From: an uncultured Gammaproteobacteria bacterium
Lineage (GTDB): Bacteria; Patescibacteriota; Patescibacteriia; Patescibacteriales; UBA12465
Reading direction: 5' to 3'
NCBI GenBank assembly: GCA_964475575.1
Contig: CAYYXD010000002.1
Span: forward strand, 1-38,149
Length of the DNA: 38,149 nt
Shown here: positions 25,517 through 34,595 of the stretch, piece after piece
Numbering within the stretch: position 1 is the stretch's first letter
Layout: every line of letters begins with the position of its first letter
Program-made: the position numbers and the translations under genes
The notes under the pieces: generated by a model
Database searches by the model: none
The model's input: the letters and a program-made list of their open reading frames with translations, nothing else
What the model was told of the DNA's origin: nothing

Positions 25517-26642
25517 AAAATACTATAGTTTAATAATAAAAATATTATCATATCTAAAAATAGATTTATTTAATTTAAAGTATATTGTAATAAAATTATT
25601 TAAGTTTATTTTTTCTATTATTTTATTACCAATTGAAATATTGGGTGACATGATTTTTTCTTATAAAAGATTATTTAGTTTTAATATTTCCGATCCTAAA
25701 AAAATATTAATAATAAAAATTGATCAAATGGGTGATGTTCTTTTTTCTACTATGCTTTTGCCTTTAATAAAAGAAAAATATCCTCAAAGTGAAATAGATT
25801 ATGTAATTAATAAAAAGGCAGAACAAATTTTAATAGCTAATCCACATGTTAATAATATTTATTATTGGCAGAGTTTTATTTTAAATAATGTTCCAGGACG
25901 AGGAAAATTTTCTTTTATTTCTTGGAAAAATAATTTATCAACTTGGAGAATGTTAAAACAACAAAAATATGATATTATTATAAATGCTAGATCTTTTATC
26001 CCTAGTGGTAATTTATCTTGGAAATTTTTAAACCCCAAAAAACTTATAGCTTTTAATATTAGTCAGCAAAGCTTTTTAGCTGATAATATTGTTTCATATA
26101 ATCTATATGCTGAAGAATGGCAAAATTATTTAAATCTTTTAAAACCTTTAGGTATAAACAAAATAGAAGGGGAACCACGATCTGAATTTTATAATATTTC
26201 AGATTGTAATATTGAGTCTGAAAATTTGGCCATTATTTCTCCAATTAGTTTTAATTCAGAAAGAAGTTGGTCTTTGGAAAAATGGATTAAAGCTGTTAAA
26301 ATTTTAATTAAAAAAAACTATCTAGTAATTTTAATAGGAACAAGAGAACAAAAAGAATGTTTAGAAAAAATAAAAGGTGATACTAATAGTTTAATATTTA
26401 TAGATTCTATTCCTAAATTAGCTGATTTAATAAAAAAAGCTGATTTATTTTTAGGAGTAGAGTCTTTTCCAGCTCATTTAGCTCTTACTTTTAAGATTAA
26501 ATTATTTTCCGTAGTTAATACTAAATTATTTTATGTTTCTGGAAAAAGTAAGCATAAGATAATTGATGGTCGTTCTATGTTATCACAATTTTCAAATGTT
26601 AAAATAATTGATTTAAATGAAAATCCTGAAGATGTTTTATAA
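25506..26642 (+). CDS. Glycosyltransferase family 9-like protein (second copy, divergent)
   Basis: ILIIKIDQMGDVLFSTMLLPLIKEKYP is the GT9 N-terminal signature. The C-terminal GVESFPAHLALTF resembles the GT9 donor-binding block. It has an extra N-terminal hydrophobic segment. Confidence 0.65.
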   Translation: MIFKKYYSLIIKILSYLKIDLFNLKYIVIKLFKFIFSIILLPIEILGDMIFSYKRLFSFNISDPKKILIIKIDQMGDVLFSTMLLPLIKEKYPQSEIDYVINKKAEQILIANPHVNNIYYWQSFILNNVPGRGKFSFISWKNNLSTWRMLKQQKYDIIINARSFIPSGNLSWKFLNPKKLIAFNISQQSFLADNIVSYNLYAEEWQNYLNLLKPLGINKIEGEPRSEFYNISDCNIESENLAIISPISFNSERSWSLEKWIKAVKILIKKNYLVILIGTREQKECLEKIKGDTNSLIFIDSIPKLADLIKKADLFLGVESFPAHLALTFKIKLFSVVNTKLFYVSGKSKHKIIDGRSMLSQFSNVKIIDLNENPEDVL

Positions 26643-26670
26643 TTTCTAATATAAATTAATTCACAATACT

Positions 26671-27411
26671 ATGTTTGGAAAAATTTCTGGATCTTCAAGT
26701 AGATTAAACTCTGTTGATCATAACGAAACTTATGGCCGATATTTATTGGAGAGTATTATAAAGGATAGAAAAATAAAAACAGGAGTTGATCTTGGTTGTG
26801 GTGGAGGTGACGATTTGGCAATTATTAGAAAATATAATCCAAAAGCAGAATTATTTGGAATTGATTTTAATTTACAAAATAGAAATAAACTTAAGAACTT
26901 AAATATTAATCCTTTTGTTATTAATATTGAGAAAGATAAATTACCCTTTACTGATGAGTCAATTGATTTTATTATAGCTAATCAAGTACTTGAACATACT
27001 AAAGAAATTTTTTGGATAAATCATGAAGTTTTTAGATGTTTGAAAAAGGGAGGAATATTTTTTTTGGGTGTTCCTAATGTTTTATCGTTTCATAATCGTT
27101 TATTAATGTTATGTGGTTATCATCCAACTTGTTGTAAAAACATATCAGCTCATGTTCGTATTTTTTCTAAAAAAGATGTTAATTTATTTTATAAATCAAT
27201 AGGAAATAATTTTTGTAAAATAGATAAAGTTTATGGTTCGCAATTTTATCCTTTTCCAAAAAAAGTAGCTAGATTTTTATCCAAAGTTTTTCCTTCTTTG
27301 GCAGTAGCTAATTTTTATGTAATAATAAAAACTGATGATTATAATGGAGAATTTTTAAAATGGCCTAAAAAAAATTCTTTAGAAAGTAATTATTTTTTAG
27401 GTTTAAATTAA
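26671..27411 (+). CDS. Class I SAM-dependent methyltransferase
   Basis: Motif I VDLGCGGGDD, then DFIIANQVLEHT (Methyltransf_11-like). Confidence 0.8.
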   Translation: MFGKISGSSSRLNSVDHNETYGRYLLESIIKDRKIKTGVDLGCGGGDDLAIIRKYNPKAELFGIDFNLQNRNKLKNLNINPFVINIEKDKLPFTDESIDFIIANQVLEHTKEIFWINHEVFRCLKKGGIFFLGVPNVLSFHNRLLMLCGYHPTCCKNISAHVRIFSKKDVNLFYKSIGNNFCKIDKVYGSQFYPFPKKVARFLSKVFPSLAVANFYVIIKTDDYNGEFLKWPKKNSLESNYFLGLN

Positions 27412-27414
27412 ACA

Positions 27415-28704
27415 ATGAATACAGAAAATAAAACAATAAAAAAAATAATTCCTGATAAATGGTTATGGATATTTAAGCATAACGGTTTTCGACGTTATTT
27501 TATAAATACTGGTTGGATGTTTCTAGGACAAATATTTTCTTTAATAGTTTCTTTTTTTATTGGAGTTTGGATAGCTAGATATTTAGGTCCAGAAAATTAT
27601 GGAATACTTAATTATGCCGTAGCCTTTGTGGGTTTATTTGGTTTTATCGCTTCTTTGGGAATAGATAGTATTTTAAATAGGGAATTGATAAAAACCCCAG
27701 AAAAAAGAGATGTATTATTGGGTACCGCTTTTAAATTAAAAGTAGTAGGTGGAATAGCAGCTTTAGCCTTGGCTGTTATAAGTATATTAATGTCTCAGAC
27801 TACTTTATTGATTCAATTCTTAGTTATAATCTTTTCTTTTAATTTCATTTTACAAGCTATAAATGTTATAAGTATATATTTTCAATCAAAAGTTGAATCA
27901 AAAAATAATGTTAAAGTTTCAATTATTTCAACATTAATTTCTTCTGTTTTGAAGGTTGGAGTAATATTATTAGATAAGGGAGTAATTTGGATTATGTTAG
28001 TTTATATTTTAGATTTTGTTTGGCAGTGGATAAATTTTGTTTATGTATACAAAAGACAAGGATTAAAAATAAGAGATTGGAAATTTGATAATGATTTAGC
28101 TAAGAAAATATTAAAAAACTCGTGGCCTTTAATATTAGCTCAAGCAGCTGGGTATATTTATCTTAAAGTAGATCAAGTTATAATTGGATTAATGTTGGGT
28201 AATTACGAAGTTGGTCTTTATGCTGTAGCTGTAAAAGTTACTGAAATTTGGTATTTTATTCCTAGTATTATTTGTAGTTCTTTATTTCCAGCTATTATTA
28301 ATGCCAAATTAACTGATGTTAAAGTTTATAAGAAAAGATTGAGTAATTTATATGTTTTAATGTTTATTCTTTCTTTAATAATAGCTATTACTATAACCTT
28401 TTTAGCTAAACCCATTATGACGGTTTTATTTGGTAATAATTATTTAGAATCTGTTGCTATATTAAAAATATATATTTGGTCAAGTGTTGGTTTGTTTTTA
28501 ACTGTAGCCGTTAATCAGTATTTAATATCAGAAAACTCGGTTAAAACTATTTTTTGGTTTAATTTTTTATCAATGATAATTAATATTGGTTTGAATGTGT
28601 GGCTTATTCCTCTTATTGGATTATTGGGGGCCGCTTGGGCCACATTGATTTCTTATTTTGTTATTCCGATTTCAGTTCTTATTCGGGAAAAATTTTTTAG
28701 ATAA
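27415..28704 (+). CDS. Oligosaccharide flippase (Wzx-like, MOP superfamily)
   Basis: 429 aa with about 12 TM segments. The N-terminal GWMFLGQIFSLIVSFFIGVWIARYLGPENYG is typical of the Polysacc_synt family. Confidence 0.8.
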   Translation: MNTENKTIKKIIPDKWLWIFKHNGFRRYFINTGWMFLGQIFSLIVSFFIGVWIARYLGPENYGILNYAVAFVGLFGFIASLGIDSILNRELIKTPEKRDVLLGTAFKLKVVGGIAALALAVISILMSQTTLLIQFLVIIFSFNFILQAINVISIYFQSKVESKNNVKVSIISTLISSVLKVGVILLDKGVIWIMLVYILDFVWQWINFVYVYKRQGLKIRDWKFDNDLAKKILKNSWPLILAQAAGYIYLKVDQVIIGLMLGNYEVGLYAVAVKVTEIWYFIPSIICSSLFPAIINAKLTDVKVYKKRLSNLYVLMFILSLIIAITITFLAKPIMTVLFGNNYLESVAILKIYIWSSVGLFLTVAVNQYLISENSVKTIFWFNFLSMIINIGLNVWLIPLIGLLGAAWATLISYFVIPISVLIREKFFR

Positions 28705-29526
28705 AGGACGAATAATGTAAGAATAGAAGGATCTAAATGTTTTCATTAAGAAACAAGTTATATAACCATAATGTTTTTTAAAGTAATAAGCTCTTGATTT
28801 ATAAAATACTTCTAAAAAATTATCATCAAACTTAACACTTTGTCCTCCTAAATGAACTAAACTAATATTTAAAGCTATGGCTGTTAGGTATTTTTTTGAA
28901 TAAGCTCTTTGACAAATATCGGTATCTTCAAAATAAAGAAAAAAATTCTCATCCCAACCATTTATTTCATCAAAAACATTTTTTCTTATAACTAAAGAAC
29001 AGCCAGAGACCCAATCAATAATAAATAATTTTTCTTTATTTTTTGGTATTAATTCTTTCTCATTAACTTTAAAGGCTAAAGATATTAATCCCAAAAGAGT
29101 CGGAAATTTTCCTAAAGCTGTTTTTTGATTTTCTCCCGATGGATTTTTTACTAATGGAGAAAGTATTCCTATTTTTTCATTGTTAATAAATATTTCTTTT
29201 ATAGTGGGTAAAATATTTTCTGTTAATATAGTATCGTTATTTAAAAAATATAAATATTTTCCCGTAGCTAATTTAGCTCCTTGATTATTAGCCTTAGCAA
29301 AACCTAAATCTTGTTTATTTTCTATAAAATGAGAAATACGATCATCAAATTTATTTTTTATTTTTTGAATACTGTCATATCCCGAATTATTATCAATAAT
29401 AATAATCTCAAAACTTTCATTTTTGCAGTATTTAAAAATTGATTCTAAACATTGAATGGTTAAATCTGGGGTTTTATAGTTTATTATAATAAAAGAAAAG
29501 TCCATATTCAATTTAAATTCCTTCAT
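28672..29526 (-). CDS. Glycosyltransferase family 2
   Basis: FSFIIINYKTPDLTIQCLESI, IIIDNNS, FLNNDT (DxD-like) and CSLVIRKNVFDEINGWDENFFLYFEDTDICQR. Its 3' end overlaps the convergent flippase gene by 33 nt. Confidence 0.85.
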   Translation of the reverse strand: MKEFKLNMDFSFIIINYKTPDLTIQCLESIFKYCKNESFEIIIIDNNSGYDSIQKIKNKFDDRISHFIENKQDLGFAKANNQGAKLATGKYLYFLNNDTILTENILPTIKEIFINNEKIGILSPLVKNPSGENQKTALGKFPTLLGLISLAFKVNEKELIPKNKEKLFIIDWVSGCSLVIRKNVFDEINGWDENFFLYFEDTDICQRAYSKKYLTAIALNISLVHLGGQSVKFDDNFLEVFYKSRAYYFKKHYGYITCFLMKTFRSFYSYIIRPLSKKFFPNKN

Positions 29527-30889
29527 TACTTAAGGTGGTTTTAATAGTTTTTAGAAATATACTAATATCAAGATAAATTGATCTATTTTTTATATAGTAT
29601 AAATCATATTGCAGTTTTTTATAAGTATCCCTTACTGATGCTGAATGATACTCTCCTGAAATTTGATCCCAACCAGTTATACCGGGTTTAATTAAATTTC
29701 TTATTCCATAAAAAGGTATATTTTTTGATAATTCTTTTATTAATTCTGGTCTTTCTGGTCGGGGTCCGACAAAAGCCATATCACCTTTTATAACATTAAT
29801 TAATTGAGGTATTTCATCTATTCTGATTTGACGCATAAATTTACCAAATTTAGTTATTCGTTTATCATTTTTTTCAGTCATTTTTCTATTATTATTTTCT
29901 TCATACATAGTTCTGAATTTATAAAAATTAAAATGCTGGCAATCTTTTCCGGCTCTGACTTGTTTAAAAATTATTGGTCCACGACTTTCAATTTTTATAA
30001 TTAAAACTATAATGGGCCAAAAGGGAAGAGTAAATAATAATATCACCGAAGCTATAAGCAAATCATACAATCTTTTTATTCGTTCATAATTTTTTTTATT
30101 AGCTAAATCTAAATTTTCTAAAAACCAACCTTTATTCAAAATTTCAATTGGAATTTGTCCACTTATTTCTTCATAAAATTTTATTAAATTACGATAACTA
30201 ATACCAGTTGGTAATAAATTAAATAAAGTTTTTTGCAATTCTTTCATTTGACTAATATCTTTTTCCAAAATAACTATATTTATTTTATGCTCTTTTATGG
30301 CTCGAGATAATTGATTTATATCTTCAACAATAGCTAAATCATAATTTTCAGCTATATCCACTAAAACATTATTTCTTTCACTAACAATAAATTTTATATT
30401 ATAACCTAATTGTTTATTCTTTTTTATAGCTTGAATTGTTTTTAAAATAATTTCATTATATCCAATAATAGCAATATTTATAGTAGATAAATATTTTTTG
30501 TTGAGTAGCAAAAAGAGTAATCGCCAAGTTAAGAATAAAAGATAATATATTATAGAAAATATTAATAATATGGTTTTAGGATTAATAGTTGGACTTTGGA
30601 TTATATAGAAAAATATTATAGAAATTAGAAAGGCTATTAAAACACTTTTAACACTTTGTTCAAATAATTTGCTTTGGTTGATAATTTTCCTAAAATCATA
30701 TAAACTATTTATATAGAAAATAAGTATCCATAAAACAAAAACTGGGATAAAAAATTTTAAATTTTGTTGCCAAATTTCATTATTTGGTATGGATAAATAT
30801 CTTAGTATTAAAGCTGTTCTTAAGGAAATAATTAATAATATTATATCAATAAGTAATAGGAAAAATTGTTTAAATTTATTATTATTCAT
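29513..30889 (-). CDS. Polyprenyl-phosphate glycosyl-phosphotransferase (WbaP/large PGT-type bacterial sugar transferase)
   Basis: N-terminal TM bundle and a central Rossmann-like region. The C-terminal catalytic domain reads KRLYDLLIASVILLFTLPFWPIIVLIIKIESRGPIIFKQVRAGK...FYKFRTM...DEIPQLINVIKGDMAFVGPRPERP. Confidence 0.9.
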   Translation of the reverse strand: MNNNKFKQFFLLLIDIILLIISLRTALILRYLSIPNNEIWQQNLKFFIPVFVLWILIFYINSLYDFRKIINQSKLFEQSVKSVLIAFLISIIFFYIIQSPTINPKTILLIFSIIYYLLFLTWRLLFLLLNKKYLSTINIAIIGYNEIILKTIQAIKKNKQLGYNIKFIVSERNNVLVDIAENYDLAIVEDINQLSRAIKEHKINIVILEKDISQMKELQKTLFNLLPTGISYRNLIKFYEEISGQIPIEILNKGWFLENLDLANKKNYERIKRLYDLLIASVILLFTLPFWPIIVLIIKIESRGPIIFKQVRAGKDCQHFNFYKFRTMYEENNNRKMTEKNDKRITKFGKFMRQIRIDEIPQLINVIKGDMAFVGPRPERPELIKELSKNIPFYGIRNLIKPGITGWDQISGEYHSASVRDTYKKLQYDLYYIKNRSIYLDISIFLKTIKTTLSNEGI

Positions 30890-30951
30890 ATTAAATATTT
30901 GGTTTATATTTATATACTTATATTATAACAATTAATCATTAAAAATCAATT

Positions 30952-33219
30952 ATGTCAGAAAAAATGTATTTGAATATTTTGAAAGGTGCAATTTTAACAT
31001 CATTTGTTTTTTTGTTCTTTGTTTTTTCACCTTTTTTATTTCCTTTTATTACTTCCAAACAAATATTTTTTAATATTTTTATAGAAGTATTATTGTTATT
31101 TTGGTTGATATTTATATACAAATATCCAAAATATCGTCCCCAAAAATCATTTTTAACTTGGGGAATAGTAGCCTATTTTATTAGTATTGTTTTATCTTTA
31201 GTAATTAGTGTTGATTTTAATCTTAGTTTTTGGGGTGATACTGAAAGAATGTTAGGCTTTTTTCATTTGTTTCATTTCTTGTTATTTTATTTTATTATTA
31301 TTTCTGTTTTTAGATCAAGAAAGGATTACAATCTTTTATTTTATGGAATAATATTGTCATCTATTATTATAGCAGTCATTGGGTTTATAAAAGGAGACAT
31401 GAATAGTACTATTGGTAATCGAGCTTATGTAGCTGCCATAATGTTATTTGGTATATTTTTAGAGGCTTTTTTCTTTTTTAAAGAAAAAAATTGGTGGAAG
31501 AAAATTATTTTTATTCCTGCTTTTATTATAAGTATTATTGGTCTATTTAAATCTGATATTTCTGGTTCTCAAGCTGGTTTAATAGCTGGTATATTTATTT
31601 CTATATTAATATTAATAGTAGTCTCTAAAAACAAAAAAACAAAGATTATAGGGTTATCTGTTTTATTGTTTTTGGTTACCGCTTTAATTTTATTATTTAT
31701 TTTTAGATCTCATCCGGTTTTTAATAACACCTATTTAGGTAAAGCTGTTCGTGATTTTTCTACAGAAAATGCAACCTTAAATACTCGTTTAATTTCTTAT
31801 CGGGCAGCTGGTAGATATTTGATTGATAATCCTATAGTTATGATTTTTGGGGTTGGACATGGAAATTATGCGACTATTTTTGATAAATACTTTGATCCCA
31901 AGTTTTATGATTATGATCGTGTTTCAACTTATTTTGATCGAGCTCATTGTACTATAATAGATGTTATAACCACTACTGGAATTATTGGTTTATTATCTTA
32001 TTTATCTATTTTCTTTTTTATTTTCTATAATCTTATTAAGTCATATCTTGCTAATAAAAAAAATAATGAGGAAGGCCTAAATAGAAACGAATTAGCTATT
32101 TTTTCTGGTTTAATTGTTGCTTATTTTGTTCAAAATTTAGCGGTTTTTGATTCCTTTGCTACTTATTTATATTTTATGATGATTTTAGGATTTGTTTATT
32201 TTATTGGCTTTAATAATAAATCAGAAATAGAATCATCAGAATCTAAAAATTCTTCTAAATTATTAGCCTATATTATCATTCCGGTATCTTTAGTATTTTC
32301 TATTGCTGGTATGGTTAATAATATAAATTCAGCTAAAATGGTAAAAGAAGTCATTGATGCTTATAGCTTTTCCTACTCTCAGGGATTAGTAAAAGGAATA
32401 GAAAAATATGAAGTTGTTTTTAAAAAATATCATACCGGCTTAGAACGTGATGCTAGAGAATCATATATTAATTTAATTTTAGAATCTTCTGATCAAATAT
32501 CACAATATACAAATAAACAAGAAATTGAAAAAATTTTGTCTTTAGGAGTAGAAGTGGCCGAAGCTAATGAAAAATATAATCCGAATGATAATTTGATTTT
32601 AACTAGATTAGCTAAAATGTATAATTTAATGGGTTCTTTTTATTTTAATCAAAAAGATACCGAACAAGGAAATTATTATAGTAATATGGCTTTTAATACT
32701 TTAGATAGAGCTATTAATGTTAGTCCGAGACGTATTCCAATATATTTAACTAAGGCTGGACTATTAATGAATTTTGGTAATACCGAAGAAGCCATTGAAA
32801 CCATTGAATATGCTAAAAGTTTAAATAGCAATATTTCGGAATCTTATTGTCAATTAGCTAATGTTTACTTTGTTATAAAAGATGATGATAAATTTCTTTC
32901 CGAATTAGATTCTTGTGGAAAAAAAGGTGGATTTTCTTTAATGAATTGGGAAAACTTTTTTAATTCAGTAGAAAGTTATTATTATGATAATAAAGATTAT
33001 GAACATTTAATTAAATTTTATGAATTATTATTAAAATCACAAATACCAGATGATAATAAAGTTTCAATTTTATCAGCTTTGGCTACTGTTTATTTTGAAA
33101 ATGGAAATTATGAAAAAGCTAAAGAGACAGCTTTGAAGATAAGTGAAATTAATAGTACCTATAAATCAGATGTTGATAATTTTTTAAAGACTATTGAAGA
33201 AGCTGAAAATAAAAAATAA
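30952..33219 (+). CDS. Wzy_C (O-antigen ligase-like) polytopic membrane domain fused to C-terminal TPR repeats
   Basis: The first ~440 aa are polytopic, with SGSQAGLIAG and GVGHGNYATIF blocks. The C-terminal ~300 aa contain TPR-like repeats (NLMGSFYFNQKDTEQGNYYSNMAFNTLDRAINVSP..., LATVYFENGNYEKAKETALKISEIN). Confidence 0.7.
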   Translation: MSEKMYLNILKGAILTSFVFLFFVFSPFLFPFITSKQIFFNIFIEVLLLFWLIFIYKYPKYRPQKSFLTWGIVAYFISIVLSLVISVDFNLSFWGDTERMLGFFHLFHFLLFYFIIISVFRSRKDYNLLFYGIILSSIIIAVIGFIKGDMNSTIGNRAYVAAIMLFGIFLEAFFFFKEKNWWKKIIFIPAFIISIIGLFKSDISGSQAGLIAGIFISILILIVVSKNKKTKIIGLSVLLFLVTALILLFIFRSHPVFNNTYLGKAVRDFSTENATLNTRLISYRAAGRYLIDNPIVMIFGVGHGNYATIFDKYFDPKFYDYDRVSTYFDRAHCTIIDVITTTGIIGLLSYLSIFFFIFYNLIKSYLANKKNNEEGLNRNELAIFSGLIVAYFVQNLAVFDSFATYLYFMMILGFVYFIGFNNKSEIESSESKNSSKLLAYIIIPVSLVFSIAGMVNNINSAKMVKEVIDAYSFSYSQGLVKGIEKYEVVFKKYHTGLERDARESYINLILESSDQISQYTNKQEIEKILSLGVEVAEANEKYNPNDNLILTRLAKMYNLMGSFYFNQKDTEQGNYYSNMAFNTLDRAINVSPRRIPIYLTKAGLLMNFGNTEEAIETIEYAKSLNSNISESYCQLANVYFVIKDDDKFLSELDSCGKKGGFSLMNWENFFNSVESYYYDNKDYEHLIKFYELLLKSQIPDDNKVSILSALATVYFENGNYEKAKETALKISEINSTYKSDVDNFLKTIEEAENKK

Positions 33220-33230
33220 TTTTTTAAGAC

Positions 33231-34451
33231 ATGAAAATATTACAAGTTAATAAATTTAATTATATTAGAGGAGGAGCTGAAAAATATTTTTTAGAAATAG
33301 GTGAAGAATTAAAAAAGGCTGGACATCAGGTAGCTTTCTTTTCAATGAAACATCCAAAGAATTTACCTAGTCCTTGGGAAAAGTATTTTGTTTCTCGTAT
33401 TAGTTTTAATGAAGGAACTTGGCGGGATAGTTTATTAGCTCCAGGTAGAATAATATATAGTTTTGAAGCTAAACGTAAATTTTCTAAATTAGTAGAAGAT
33501 TTTAAACCAGATATAATACATATTCATAATATTTATCATCAAATATCTCCATCAATTTTGTCAGTAGCTATAAAGAAAAAGATTCCAGTAGTTATGCATC
33601 TTCATGATTATAAATTGGTTTGTCCTAATTATCAATTATTTGTTAATAATAAAATATGTTATCGTTGTTGGCCTAAAAAATATAGTCAATGTTTTAAAAA
33701 TTGTTGTTTTAAAAATTCTGTAATTAAAAGTTTATTAGCTACTATTGAAATGTGGTTTCATCATAAGGTTTTGAAGATTTATGAAAAAAGTATTTCTTGT
33801 TTTATAGCACCAAGTAAATTTATGAAAGAAACTCTAATTAAATTTAATTGGCCAGAAGATAAAATAAAAGTTATATATAATTTTTCAGAAAAGATGGAAA
33901 ATAATTTTGTTGATAAATTAGAAAATTATGGTTTATACTATGGTCGTTTATCAAAGGAGAAGGGAATAGATATATTATTACGAGCAATAAAAAAATCAAA
34001 CAATAATTTTACACTTAAAATAGTTGGTTCGGGACCAGAAGAAAAAAATTTAAAAGAATTATCTAATACTTTAGGATTAAATAAACAAGTTGAATTTTTA
34101 GGTTTTAAATCAGGAAATGATTTATATGATATTGTAAAAAAAGCTAAGGCAATATTTTTACCATCTATTTGGAATGAAAATATGCCTTTTGTATTATTGG
34201 AAGCTTTGTCATTAAAAAAAGTTGTTGTGGTTTCTAGAACTGGTGGATTACCAGAGTTAATAACTAATAAAGATACTGGATTCATATTTGAAAATGGTAA
34301 TGAAGAAGAATTAGCTGATATAATAAAAAATTTAAATCAATATGATTTAAAAAAAATAGGTGAAAAAGCTCATGAAATTAGTCGAGATCTTAATGTAAAT
34401 AACCATTTAGTAAAAATATTGGAAATATATAATAAGTTATTAAAAAACTAA
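33231..34451 (+). CDS. Glycosyltransferase family 4 (GT-B fold)
   Basis: N-terminal RGGAEKYF. The E-x7-E region is PSIWNENMPFVLLEALSLKKVVVVSRTGGLPELI. Confidence 0.85.
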   Translation: MKILQVNKFNYIRGGAEKYFLEIGEELKKAGHQVAFFSMKHPKNLPSPWEKYFVSRISFNEGTWRDSLLAPGRIIYSFEAKRKFSKLVEDFKPDIIHIHNIYHQISPSILSVAIKKKIPVVMHLHDYKLVCPNYQLFVNNKICYRCWPKKYSQCFKNCCFKNSVIKSLLATIEMWFHHKVLKIYEKSISCFIAPSKFMKETLIKFNWPEDKIKVIYNFSEKMENNFVDKLENYGLYYGRLSKEKGIDILLRAIKKSNNNFTLKIVGSGPEEKNLKELSNTLGLNKQVEFLGFKSGNDLYDIVKKAKAIFLPSIWNENMPFVLLEALSLKKVVVVSRTGGLPELITNKDTGFIFENGNEEELADIIKNLNQYDLKKIGEKAHEISRDLNVNNHLVKILEIYNKLLKN

Positions 34452-34496
34452 TAAAAATATCTAAAAAGTGCTTTTTATCTTTATTTGTCAAGGTAC

Positions 34497-34525
34497 TTGA
34501 CATTTTTTTTTAAATATGTTAAAAT
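34497..34525 (+). promoter_or_regulatory. Sigma70-type promoter upstream of the Wzz-like gene
   Basis: TTGACA (34497-34502), a 17-nt spacer, then TAAAAT (34520-34525) with an extended -10 TG at 34517-34518. The -35 box lies inside the palindrome TGTCAAGGTACTTGACA (34486-34502). Confidence 0.55.
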
Positions 34526-34595
34526 TAATCGTTGTATAAATAAAATTTTTGTGTTTTATTTTATAAATTAAAAATTTTAGATAACAAATAATAAT

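Noticed and set aside
29804-30004. 66-aa + strand ORF inside the sugar transferase gene
   Set aside because: It is antisense to a strongly supported catalytic domain.
30939-31121. 60-aa minus-strand ORF at the start of the Wzy_C-TPR gene
   Set aside because: It overlaps the supported + strand gene and the divergent promoter region, and has no motif.
33938-34285. 115-aa minus-strand ORF inside the GT4 gene
   Set aside because: It is antisense to the conserved E-x7-E region of the GT4.
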